Virus record (IMG/VR): IMGVR_UViG_3300042340_000379
Location: 124,001 to 188,000 of that record
Length of the DNA: 64,000 nucleotides
Strand: one strand, 5' to 3'
The position numbers and the translations under genes are program-made. The notes below the pieces were generated by a model. That model was not told the DNA's origin. It saw only the letters and a program-made list of their open reading frames with translations, and searched no databases. Positions 47,544-55,492 of the stretch are shown in pieces; positions within the stretch are counted from its first letter, which is position 1, and each line of letters begins with the position of its first letter.

Positions 47544-48188
47544 ATGCCAAACATTCAAGGCAAAGACGCTAACAACGCAACTATTTTTATCCGCTCAACT
47601 CGGGCGGGGACGGACTTAGATCCTCATTCTTCAAATGAAGATACTATTGATCGGCTTGGCCCTGTTGGCGAGACTGCACCAGCTAGTGATACAGCCAGCT
47701 CTGGGCTAAATGGGCGATTGCAACGGATAGCCCAGCGACTCACATCATTAATCAGCGGGATAGGAGCTACCAACGACGCAGCCGCTACCAGTGACACAGG
47801 GACGTTTAGCCTAATTTCGCTGGTTAAGCGACTGCTATCTAGGCTGGGCGCGACCCGGCTTTATGTCGCCACTACAATTGCAACCAGTGGAGACAATACG
47901 GTAATTTCTGCCCCTGCTGCTGGGGTGCGAATCGTTATTACTGGTTTGCGGATTCAGAATAACACATCCACGACAACCACACTTTTGTTAAAAGATGGTG
48001 CGGCCACAACTGTATCAAGACTTAGGGCTGTTAGCGATGGGAGCGGCCTGAGTGAAAACTATGGGCTTGGGGATGAGATTAGGCTGACTGCCGCAACAGC
48101 CTTTGTTATTAACCTTAGTGGGGCAAATTCCCACGGGGTTTCTGTGCGTTATTGGCTTGAAAATGCCTCAACCGGGCTACCTATTTAG
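47544..48188 (+). CDS. Putative fibre / receptor-binding module protein
   Basis: T/A/S-rich; repeated A..DT....L....RL helices followed by a beta-sandwich C-terminus. Confidence 0.5.
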   Translation: MPNIQGKDANNATIFIRSTRAGTDLDPHSSNEDTIDRLGPVGETAPASDTASSGLNGRLQRIAQRLTSLISGIGATNDAAATSDTGTFSLISLVKRLLSRLGATRLYVATTIATSGDNTVISAPAAGVRIVITGLRIQNNTSTTTTLLLKDGAATTVSRLRAVSDGSGLSENYGLGDEIRLTAATAFVINLSGANSHGVSVRYWLENASTGLPI

Positions 48189-48199
48189 GAATATGCAAA

Positions 48200-48733
48200 A
48201 TGACGTTATTGATGGGTTCAGTAATTGGATTTACCTACGACCAACAGGCCGAACCGAGTAGCCCTACCGCTGGGCAAACCTGGCGAGAACGCAGTAGTGG
48301 CGACGTTATCATTGGCGAATGGGAATGGTCTGGGAGCCTTTGGCTTACTTCAACACCGTCTCTTTCTGTACCCTTTGAAACTACCTCTTTCTCCTTAACG
48401 GCTGCGTCTTCTACTAGGTGCATCATTGGTGTCAGAGCCGTAGTCGTTGAAGTAGGATTTTTCGCGCGGATGACCGTACCGCCTTTGGACGCAGCTAACA
48501 GTTACCTAGTTACTATTAATTATGGCAGGGGCGATGGTGTTGCGGGATCTACTGCGCTTGGATCTGCACAAACGTTAAACGCCAACGAAATTAGCTATAA
48601 AAGCTCAACGTTAAATGTCTTGGGTTTAAACGCATACAACAACCATGCCGCCTACTTTACGATGACAATATCTGCGGGAACTCCGGGTGCCGTTCGTTTT
48701 AATCCTTATGCTTTGTATAAAAGGGTGCGCTAA
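48200..48733 (+). CDS. Putative fibre-associated protein
   Basis: EPSSPTAGQTW...WEWSGSLW motif common in phage fibre/appendage proteins. Confidence 0.5.
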   Translation: MTLLMGSVIGFTYDQQAEPSSPTAGQTWRERSSGDVIIGEWEWSGSLWLTSTPSLSVPFETTSFSLTAASSTRCIIGVRAVVVEVGFFARMTVPPLDAANSYLVTINYGRGDGVAGSTALGSAQTLNANEISYKSSTLNVLGLNAYNNHAAYFTMTISAGTPGAVRFNPYALYKRVR

Positions 48734-49149
48734 TGCAAATTACAATCACGACCGCAGACGAATTAATGCACGGCCCTTTTGAAGTAGTGGATGGAGCGCC
48801 CAATCTATCTAGTATTGCCAGCCCCAATACCCAATCCGCATTGGCCGCTGCCTATGCCGCTGGGAGCTACGCTACCTATACCCCGCCGCCAACAACCATC
48901 ACAGCACCACCCACACCCACCCCCTCGGCCTTCCGTGCGGCTCTAGCGCAGACCGCTACCTGGATAGCCTGGGCTGAGACTCTATCCTTCGTGAGATACA
49001 TCAACCTCACGACCGCCGCCGCCCTAGACAACTGGGCCGAAGCGCAGGCCATCTACAACGCCATCAAGGCCACCACTTCACCGCCAGAGGCATCAATTAC
49101 AGCCTGGCAGGCGTTGGCGGATGATAACGGCATTCCTATCACGTTCTAA
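48733..49149 (+). CDS. Putative fibre assembly chaperone-like protein
   Basis: 138 aa, Ala-rich, coupled after the fibre-like genes; higher GC. Confidence 0.45.
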   Translation: MQITITTADELMHGPFEVVDGAPNLSSIASPNTQSALAAAYAAGSYATYTPPPTTITAPPTPTPSAFRAALAQTATWIAWAETLSFVRYINLTTAAALDNWAEAQAIYNAIKATTSPPEASITAWQALADDNGIPITF

Positions 49150-49275
49150 GCCTCCTCCCAGCCCCGCCATGGCCCCGCCATGGCTTTAATCGTCAACACA
49201 CAGGCAAAAACGATTGATGCATTCTTGCCACAACTATTGGAGCTATAAGCAAAGTAACCCTTCTCATCCACCTAG

Positions 49276-49569
49276 CTAAGTTAAGCCAACGCGCTCATCA
49301 ATATGTTGCAGCAAAGTGTAAAGAACAGACAGCTGGTTTATTTCCATTGGTGATAAACCTCTTTCTTGCATTCTTCTTATATTACGAATAAGAAGATCAA
49401 AATGGCGCATATAGTAGAAATCAACTAACTGCCGAACAGCAAGGTCATGACTAAGCCCATGCTGTTCGGCAAACTCATCGATCGCTATTTTAACAGGGTC
49501 ACTAACTAATAGTCTGCACTTACTGTTTGCAGTTGTTCTGTGGCTTGCGAGTCTTGAGTCTTTTGGCAT
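49276..49569 (-). CDS. Ribbon-helix-helix-like small regulator
   Basis: RLLVSDPVKIAIDEFAEQHGLSHDLAVRQLVD strand-helix-helix pattern. Confidence 0.5.
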   Translation of the reverse strand: MPKDSRLASHRTTANSKCRLLVSDPVKIAIDEFAEQHGLSHDLAVRQLVDFYYMRHFDLLIRNIRRMQERGLSPMEINQLSVLYTLLQHIDERVGLT

Positions 49570-49772
49570 GGTTCAAAATCAGGGTCACAGTTTATCAATA
49601 AATACTCGCCGTTTAGAACGACCGGCTTATCAGAATAAACCCATACCCCGTCACCTAATGTAATCGCGTAATGGTCACTTGAAATTAAAAGGCAGTTGTC
49701 CTGAACTTTTGCATATTTAGCCAAGTAGGCTAAAACTTTAATCAGATTAATTAGCTTAGTTAACAAAGACAT
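49506..49772 (-). CDS. Small spike-associated hypothetical protein
   Basis: 88 aa with short beta repeats ending VVLNGEYLLINC; next to the PAAR-like gene. Confidence 0.45.
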   Translation of the reverse strand: MSLLTKLINLIKVLAYLAKYAKVQDNCLLISSDHYAITLGDGVWVYSDKPVVLNGEYLLINCDPDFEPCQKTQDSQATEQLQTVSADY

Positions 49773-50007
49773 TTGGACTCCCTTGAATAGCTATACCCCG
49801 CCCTGAATTACGATCGCCAATCCTATGAACCGCTCGATTGCCAGCAAAAACAGTAGGCGAACCACTAATTGCAAAAAAGTTAGTAATTATATCTCCAACT
49901 GATGAGGCCTTTCTATTGTTGACAAAAACGTTTCCAAAACAACGAGTCACAGGCCTTTTCCCCACAAAAGTTGTCTCTAGATCCCTAAGTCTAGTCCAAG
50001 CTGGCAT
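49756..50007 (-). CDS. PAAR-like spike tip protein (T4 gp5.4-like)
   Basis: NVFVNNRKASSVGD, GSPTVFAGNRAVHRIGD and GSPNVFVN repeats. Confidence 0.8.
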   Translation of the reverse strand: MPAWTRLRDLETTFVGKRPVTRCFGNVFVNNRKASSVGDIITNFFAISGSPTVFAGNRAVHRIGDRNSGRGIAIQGSPNVFVN

Positions 50008-50785
50008 TTGTAAAATCCTTTATAGTCAGACTGTTTTTGATTTGATTATAGAGCTCAGTTTTTAAGTTTGTGCTCAAAGTAAAGTCAGGCATATAATCTA
50101 AAGTATAGCTTGAGAGCCCGTGAGAAGAAGTAAACCCAAAGCTGTAATCAATCATTAGCTTGTCAACAACTTCGATCGCTAACTTCTCGACACTCTTTGT
50201 TTCTACCGTAACCCCATACACAACACGGTCAGGTAGGGCTTTAAGTGCAGCGGGTGTAAGTGGTCTATACACATTTAAGCTCACAAATGGGTAGTCTTCT
50301 AGCAAAATTGTCTCTTCATCGAGAAGTCTCTGCCGTCGAGTTTTTTCAGCAAGTAGTAGTTTCAGTTCCCATTCATAAGGAAGTCCATTGTAAGGCTCGT
50401 TAACAAACCGGGCGACAACACTTTCTGAAAGACTAACCTCATCAGTCTGAGACCACAGCTCAAATGGCCCCTTTTGATAAACTGTTCCGTCATAAGCTTC
50501 TTCAAGCAAAGCAGGAGTCGCAGATGTTTCTTCCGAAAGTAAAACATAACTATGGATAAAATAAGCAAACTTTACTTCGAGTCGGTTAGGCCAAAGCGTC
50601 AGTGAAAGCTTGAATGGCCGATTTGATAAAGCTTCGAGAGACTGAAAGCGGAAAATTTTGTTGTCTAAAAGATTTAACTCATACTGCCATTGCTGATAGA
50701 GAAAGGGGTCGTCTAAAGATTCAGTCCTATAGAAAAGAGGAAACGTGTCTCCCTCAAAGTCAAAATCGCGGAAAGAAATTTGCAT
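49991..50785 (-). CDS. Hypothetical protein, possibly baseplate
   Basis: About 264 aa from ATG 50785; coupled to the PAAR-like gene. Confidence 0.55.
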   Translation of the reverse strand: MQISFRDFDFEGDTFPLFYRTESLDDPFLYQQWQYELNLLDNKIFRFQSLEALSNRPFKLSLTLWPNRLEVKFAYFIHSYVLLSEETSATPALLEEAYDGTVYQKGPFELWSQTDEVSLSESVVARFVNEPYNGLPYEWELKLLLAEKTRRQRLLDEETILLEDYPFVSLNVYRPLTPAALKALPDRVVYGVTVETKSVEKLAIEVVDKLMIDYSFGFTSSHGLSSYTLDYMPDFTLSTNLKTELYNQIKNSLTIKDFTNASLD

Positions 50786-50830
50786 GAAAAATCCCAAGCT
50801 GTACCTCTAAGTATAGCTTGGGATTTTCAT
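50784..50830. terminator. Long hairpin downstream of the parR-like gene, overlapping the next start codon
   Basis: ATGAAAAATCCCAAGCTGTAC / GTATAGCTTGGGATTTTCAT inverted repeat. Confidence 0.55.
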
Positions 50831-50847
50831 CAACAAAAGGTAAACTT

Positions 50848-51138
50848 TTAATCGTCCATATCTAACTGTATATCAGAAAACTCAACCCCTCCTGTAGAAG
50901 GAGAAGATATTTTTGACTGCTGATATTCGTAAGCAGTTGGTGCATAGTTAGCCGAAAATGACGGGCTAGACGATCTAAGTTGGGGTTCCGGCATTTGTTG
51001 AGAAGTTCGATAGCTCCTAAGAAGAAAGGCAAATACTTCAACGTTAGTAACTTTTCTCGAGAATTCTTCTTTGCTTAGCTCCTGCCTGATGTTTTCTAAT
51101 TCTTCTTCTAGTTGACCCGTTAAAGCGATCTTTGCCAT
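50848..51138 (-). CDS. ParR-like centromere-binding adaptor
   Basis: 96 aa directly after parM; N-terminal strand-helix-helix, disordered linker, acidic/hydrophobic tail (FSDIQLDMDD). Confidence 0.6.
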   Translation of the reverse strand: MAKIALTGQLEEELENIRQELSKEEFSRKVTNVEVFAFLLRSYRTSQQMPEPQLRSSSPSFSANYAPTAYEYQQSKISSPSTGGVEFSDIQLDMDD

Positions 51139-51144
51139 CTTATC

Positions 51145-52200
51145 TTAGGCTCCCACTGTTACAGCATGTCGGTTTAAGTTATCCAATGCCATAATGTTAG
51201 CAAAATCAGGGTGCTGAGGAACATAAATTCCAGCATTTGCGGGAAGCCGACCTTTAAACAAGTAAGCACAGCCACCAAACAACATACGACCGGAAGTAGG
51301 AACAAACTGATTAAAGTTGTTTCGAATCTCACCTTGAACTAACTCAAAGAAGTTAGCAAGAGCATGCTTGGTAAGATCGGTGAAGTCGATCATCTCATTG
51401 TTGTCAGCAGGGTAAAAATAGGTAGAGCGCCCATTCTCTCCAGGAATAGGATTAGCCAGCGCAGTCATGACATCATCAAGGTCTAGTTGACCTCCAACAC
51501 GTTGGATCATCAAAGGATTGATTTTAATCATAGAAGCCAAAGCCTTACCACCAGCTAAAGTTGATCCTTTAACTCCATCATAGGAACTACGAAGTAGGAT
51601 GTTGTTGCGAGGGCCGATCGCAGTAATATCCAGTGTGCCGCCGCCAATGTCAGCGCCGATCACATTTCCGACAGAAGGAAGGTGGTTAAGTTCACGAGCC
51701 ATAATAATCGCGTCAACCCCTTCGGGCCGAGGAGCCTCAGGATAAATGCGAACTTTCATGTCAAATGTACCCTTGTCAGACGTATAGGTGTACTCAAAAG
51801 TATCAGTGAGTTTTTCGCGAAGGAACTCGCCTACAGTTCGGCCATCGGTTCGGCGCTTACTTGGGTCAGGTAGACTCCATTGAAGTACAACCTCGTAATT
51901 GGTTTTGTTTCCAATGGGGCCAAGAGTAGAAAGGAGAAAAGGAATAAAGTACTTGGGATCTAGCTTATCGCGGTTAACCAATCCACTCGCGGCGGCACCA
52001 TACTCAGAAGCGCGATCGCCAATATGAAAGCGACCAAAATCCCCCTCAACAATAATAGAGTCGCTGCCAGGGTCAATTGCGTCACCACCAGGAAAGATGG
52101 GAGCAACAATAGATTTTAGATAAATCGGCTGGGTGTGAATCCCATGACTAATAGCCAGAGTAGAAAAGTTGCCAACATCAATAGCGTGCTGAGTTTTCAT
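51145..52200 (-). CDS. parM: ParM/StbA-family actin-like ATPase
   Basis: Phosphate-1 AIDVGNFST, connect PEG, phosphate-2 ADIGGGTLD, adenosine LFGGCA, terminal P.FAN. Confidence 0.9.
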   Translation of the reverse strand: MKTQHAIDVGNFSTLAISHGIHTQPIYLKSIVAPIFPGGDAIDPGSDSIIVEGDFGRFHIGDRASEYGAAASGLVNRDKLDPKYFIPFLLSTLGPIGNKTNYEVVLQWSLPDPSKRRTDGRTVGEFLREKLTDTFEYTYTSDKGTFDMKVRIYPEAPRPEGVDAIIMARELNHLPSVGNVIGADIGGGTLDITAIGPRNNILLRSSYDGVKGSTLAGGKALASMIKINPLMIQRVGGQLDLDDVMTALANPIPGENGRSTYFYPADNNEMIDFTDLTKHALANFFELVQGEIRNNFNQFVPTSGRMLFGGCAYLFKGRLPANAGIYVPQHPDFANIMALDNLNRHAVTVGA

Positions 52201-52263
52201 ACAAAAATTTGGGTAATAAGTGTTCAACAGACTCCCTTAGTATAAGCTAAATTTTTGGGTTGT

Positions 52264-52408
52264 GGGCCATAAAAGGCCCGACGCGGGCCCTAATCGGACT
52301 TTCTAGGGCCCTAAAGGGCCCAACGCGGGACGTGAAGGGCCCTTCACGGGACATAGACGGCCCGACGCGGGCCCTAAAGAGACCAAAAAGGGCCCGTGAA
52401 GGGCCCTA
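52264..52408. repeat. parC-like array 1: about 14 GGGCCC/GGGAC-type boxes at 10-11 bp spacing, upstream of parM
   Basis: gggccataaaa-ggcccgacgc-gggccctaatc-ggactttcta-gggccctaaa-gggcccaacgc-gggacgtgaa-gggcccttcac... Confidence 0.75.
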
Positions 52409-52432
52409 GGCAAACTTGTATCGTACAAAAAC

Positions 52433-52816
52433 CTAAGCCCAGATTACATTCCCAGGGCGAAAGTTGGCATTAGTATCAATGCGCTTAAGCTGCAATCCGG
52501 CTGGCTCTCCTAGCTCTTGCTTAAATTCGCTATAAGAACCAAACTCAATCTTAACGCCCCGCTCCTGGTAATAAGGATCATGCTTGATCTGGGCTCGTAA
52601 ACTCTGCCACTTCTTATATAGATCCTCATTCGTCTGGCGGCTGCACTCGCAAACCCTAAGAGTCTTGTTGTATAAGGCGCGAGGACTAGCTTTTCTATCC
52701 TTCCCGCAGCTAATACATATAATAGAGTAGCGAGCGTCAGAACCGTAATCTCCAACCTCCCATCCATTAACGATTGAAGGAACCTGCTTTGTGGGTCGTC
52801 CGCGATATCGCTTCAT
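52433..52816 (-). CDS. Degenerate phage HNH-family protein with Zn ribbon
   Basis: CISCG..VCEC; YQERGVKI...F..ELG.P....KRIDTNANFRPGNVIWA, compared with the consensus DRIDN.G.Y.P.NCRWA. Confidence 0.65.
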   Translation of the reverse strand: MKRYRGRPTKQVPSIVNGWEVGDYGSDARYSIICISCGKDRKASPRALYNKTLRVCECSRQTNEDLYKKWQSLRAQIKHDPYYQERGVKIEFGSYSEFKQELGEPAGLQLKRIDTNANFRPGNVIWA

Positions 52817-52927
52817 TTTAAGTAAGGGGTAAACGCAACCTCTTTAGTTTAAGTTGTAAGCCGCAATATAGAAAGGGTTTTTAAAAACAACATCAAAATA
52901 AGTGCTACTTTAACTCCACACTATTTC

Positions 52928-52973
52928 AAGAAAGGGGCCGCTAGATCTATTAGATCTAGCGGCCCCTTTTTTT
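52928..52973. terminator. Strong intrinsic terminator, probably bidirectional
   Basis: AAAGGGGCCGCTAGATCTA-T-TAGATCTAGCGGCCCCTTTTTTT. Confidence 0.8.
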
Positions 52974-52986
52974 GAGCAAATCTAGG

Positions 52987-53114
52987 TAAGTATTTATACT
53001 TACGATCACAAAGCTGGAGAAAATATGACGCGGATTTTAAGAGACTATCTTTAACTAAGTATAAATACTTATGATCGCAAAGCTGGAGAAAATATGACGC
53101 GGATTTTAAGAGAC
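52987..53114. repeat. Tandem 59 bp direct repeat (69 bp period), each copy starting with a TAAGTAT-N2-ATACTTA palindrome
   Basis: Copies at 52987-53045 and 53056-53114 differ at 4 positions. Confidence 0.85.
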
Positions 53115-53363
53115 CAATTATGAGGGATATCAACTATGCCCCCCTCCGACTTTGAGAAATTCAAAGCATCGAAGGTACGGGTATGACGAGTTTGCTCACC
53201 ACAATTTTTGTGCGTGAGAACAACTCATCTCTTTGATTGAATGTAATTAAACATTTCACATCAAAGACTTAGTTTATTTCTCATTCACAACACAAGCTAT
53301 CTGTACTTACTCTCTTACATGAATGAGTACAGATAGCCTACCTACCACGCATCTACACACCCA

Positions 53364-53400
53364 AGCCCGTGCCTACACCCTAGGCACGGGCTTCTTTTTT
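53364..53400 (+). terminator. Hairpin plus T-run upstream of the first early-type gene
   Basis: AGCCCGTGCCTA-CACCC-TAGGCACGGGCT followed by TCTTTTTT. Confidence 0.6.
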
Positions 53401-53432
53401 ATTCACCTAGTACACACCAAGGAGAACACATC

Positions 53433-53804
53433 ATGTCTATCTCTTCTTTTCTCATTCCATCCATTAAAGGACTAGTCAAGCTAGGACTGCAAGACAGCAA
53501 CCCACTGTGGGTGCATGACTGTATTCATGCACACGTATCTACACAACTACCACCCATACCCATGGGTACACACCAGGTGACTGGTGTTGATGGTCTATCC
53601 ATCAAGGAGTTCTGGGGTACACACCCACACACACCTACCTACCCAGGTGAACTAGATGAGGCACGGGTTGGGATACATCAGTTCCTAGCCTCACCACTAG
53701 GTAGCCCTTGCTACCTAGCTAGGTACATCTACTGGTGTACCTACCTAGCCACACAGGGTATCAACCCTGTGATGGTGACCTATCACCACTGGAGGTCTAT
53801 GTAA
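53433..53804 (+). CDS. Early-type hypothetical protein (His/Pro-rich)
   Basis: AAGGAGAACA RBS; 123 aa. Confidence 0.65.
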   Translation: MSISSFLIPSIKGLVKLGLQDSNPLWVHDCIHAHVSTQLPPIPMGTHQVTGVDGLSIKEFWGTHPHTPTYPGELDEARVGIHQFLASPLGSPCYLARYIYWCTYLATQGINPVMVTYHHWRSM

Positions 53805-53852
53805 TGACCTATCCATACAGGTACCCCTATATAGAGACCCCTCTATATAGGG

Positions 53853-53914
53853 GGCCTTATATACACCCCCCTACACCATGGTGGTTTAACTAGGTTCGAT
53901 TCCTAGGTAGGGCC
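53853..53914 (+). ncRNA. tRNA-like element (acceptor-like stem plus T-arm, no canonical D-arm)
   Basis: GGCCTTAT/GTAGGGCC stem; CTAGG-TTCGATT-CCTAG T-arm. Confidence 0.4.
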
Positions 53915-53974
53915 TTGCCCGTAGCTACTTCTAGCTACGGGCTTTTGTTTATTTACCCATAGAGAACAAACATC

Positions 53975-54370
53975 ATGCAATCACTCACTTCCCTTACAGC
54001 AGAACGGGATTTTAAAAAGGCCTGTTCAGAAAAGTACCAAATGGTTTCCCTAGACAGGCGGCTTGTTTGTCAGGTAGCTCGAAAGCTACCTAAACAGCGC
54101 CGGATAAAAGCTATGGCCCACCTGCTAGAAGAGTACGGCAGGCAAGAGGCAGTTCCGACAGGCGAGCTAGTGGATAAGCTTTTTGCCCTGGATGCCGTTT
54201 ATAAAATTAACGACTTGGTAATCGGGGTAGATGTGACCCTCGATAAATCTCGAATTGTAGAAAAACGGCAAAAACTGTCTTCCTTATCTGAAGCCCACAA
54301 AGCTTTAGGTATCGACAGAACAATAGTGTTTTGTCCAAAGATCCATAAGGATCTTCAGTCTGCTCTCTAA
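53975..54370 (+). CDS. Hypothetical protein, possible PD-(D/E)xK-like fold
   Basis: GAGAACA leader; D.LFALD....IGVDVT...K pattern. Confidence 0.6.
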   Translation: MQSLTSLTAERDFKKACSEKYQMVSLDRRLVCQVARKLPKQRRIKAMAHLLEEYGRQEAVPTGELVDKLFALDAVYKINDLVIGVDVTLDKSRIVEKRQKLSSLSEAHKALGIDRTIVFCPKIHKDLQSAL

Positions 54371-54443
54371 ACCCTTTAATTCATAGCCGAGCCACAGGCT
54401 TAATTGTTCATGGCAAAACGCAAACATTACCTGGAGAACATCT

Positions 54444-54644
54444 ATGTCTTTTCATGGAATCTATTACAACCACGCCGCTTCAAACCAAGAGTGGATTCGT
54501 CGCTACACCAAAATTGTATGCATTGGCGCTTGTAAGTGCCAAGACGGGAAAAAGCGCGTGGCCTACATCGCCAGCTTTGGCGATCAGAACAAAGACTTCA
54601 TCCGCCGCAAAGAAGCTGAAGCTTGGATTCAATCTAAGCTCTAA
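54444..54644 (+). CDS. Small early-type hypothetical protein
   Basis: GGAGAACA RBS; 66 aa. Confidence 0.65.
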   Translation: MSFHGIYYNHAASNQEWIRRYTKIVCIGACKCQDGKKRVAYIASFGDQNKDFIRRKEAEAWIQSKL

Positions 54645-54662
54645 TCCCAATCTTTTTATCAT

Positions 54663-55216
54663 GCACGCCCAGTAAAGCCTGGGCTTTTTTGTGTCTAAAA
54701 CTATCTGGAGAACATCAAATGTCTACTCAAATCTTTTCCACTGCCCAAGCTTGCGCCGATGAAATCGCCAAGCTTCGCGCCCAGGGCGTTGCTTGCCGTC
54801 TTCAGAAAGTTGAAGGCGGTGGCTTCACCGTCGTTCTCATGAACGGTAAAGCCCAGCCTCAGAGCAAAACTAAAGCTAAAACTGATCCTGCTCCTCACAT
54901 CCAAATTCGCCAAACTCTCGATGGCGGCGTGTGGTGCAACAAGGGTGCAGGGTTCTACCCTGTCGTCAAGTTCACCTTGGATGAGGCTATCAAAGCTTTG
55001 ACTGATCGGTCTTACGTAAAGACCGACAAGAACCTGGATACGAAGAACTACAACACGACTTGGGAGTTTAGTCTTAAGTCTCTTGTAGAAAAGGATGAAG
55101 CTGAAGAGTGGGGCAATCAAAACGATATGGACGATGAGCTGTACATGAATCGCAACGGCCTCCTCTAGTCAACAACCTTTTATCACGCACGCCCAGTAAA
55201 GCCTGGGCTTTTTTGT
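54663..55216 (+). repeat. Intergenic repeat B: two identical 30 bp hairpin/T-run copies (54663-54692, 55187-55216)
   Basis: GCACGCCCAGTAAAGCCTGGGCTTTTTTGT. Confidence 0.9.
54719..55168 (+). CDS. Early-type hypothetical protein
   Basis: GGAGAACATCAA-ATG; 149 aa. Confidence 0.7.
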   Translation: MSTQIFSTAQACADEIAKLRAQGVACRLQKVEGGGFTVVLMNGKAQPQSKTKAKTDPAPHIQIRQTLDGGVWCNKGAGFYPVVKFTLDEAIKALTDRSYVKTDKNLDTKNYNTTWEFSLKSLVEKDEAEEWGNQNDMDDELYMNRNGLL

Positions 55217-55238
55217 ACTTATTTAGCGGAGAACTTCA

Positions 55239-55418
55239 ATGGCCCTCTTTCTCTTCATTCTCTTTTTCATTTCCCTCTGTCTTTTCTTTGCAGAGGACAA
55301 AGTAAGCCAACCCAGAATTACGCCTGACATGCTCCTTAGCAAAAAAGGCAAGCCTCTATATGGGGCAACTTTGCAGGCTCGCATCGAAAAGCTAGAGCGA
55401 GCTGGGTACATCCTTTAG
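55239..55418 (+). CDS. 59 aa membrane-anchored protein sharing a 31 aa motif with the downstream polymerase
   Basis: Not in the ORF track; GGAGAAC RBS; MALFLFILFFISLCLFFAEDKVSQPRITPDMLLSKKGKPLYGATLQARIEKLERAGYIL. Confidence 0.75.
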   Translation: MALFLFILFFISLCLFFAEDKVSQPRITPDMLLSKKGKPLYGATLQARIEKLERAGYIL

Positions 55419-55492
55419 TTCACAGCCGAGCCACAGGCTTAATTGTTCATGGCAATTTTCAAGCAACAACTAATCAACTGGAGAACAAACCC

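Larger units (their letters stand above)
54385..55455 (+). repeat. Intergenic repeat A: two identical 32 bp copies (54385-54416, 55424-55455)
   Basis: AGCCGAGCCACAGGCTTAATTGTTCATGGCAA, each followed by CTGGAGAACA and an ATG. Confidence 0.9.

Noticed and set aside
52921-53133. 70 aa ORF with a duplicated peptide
   Set aside because: Artefact of the 69 bp-period DNA repeat and the terminator hairpin.
53853-53914. Bona fide tRNA gene
   Set aside because: No D-arm, no 7 nt anticodon loop and too short; kept only as tRNA-like.
54385-55455. Repeats A and B as a CRISPR array
   Set aside because: Only two copies each, separated by whole genes with RBSs; no cas genes.
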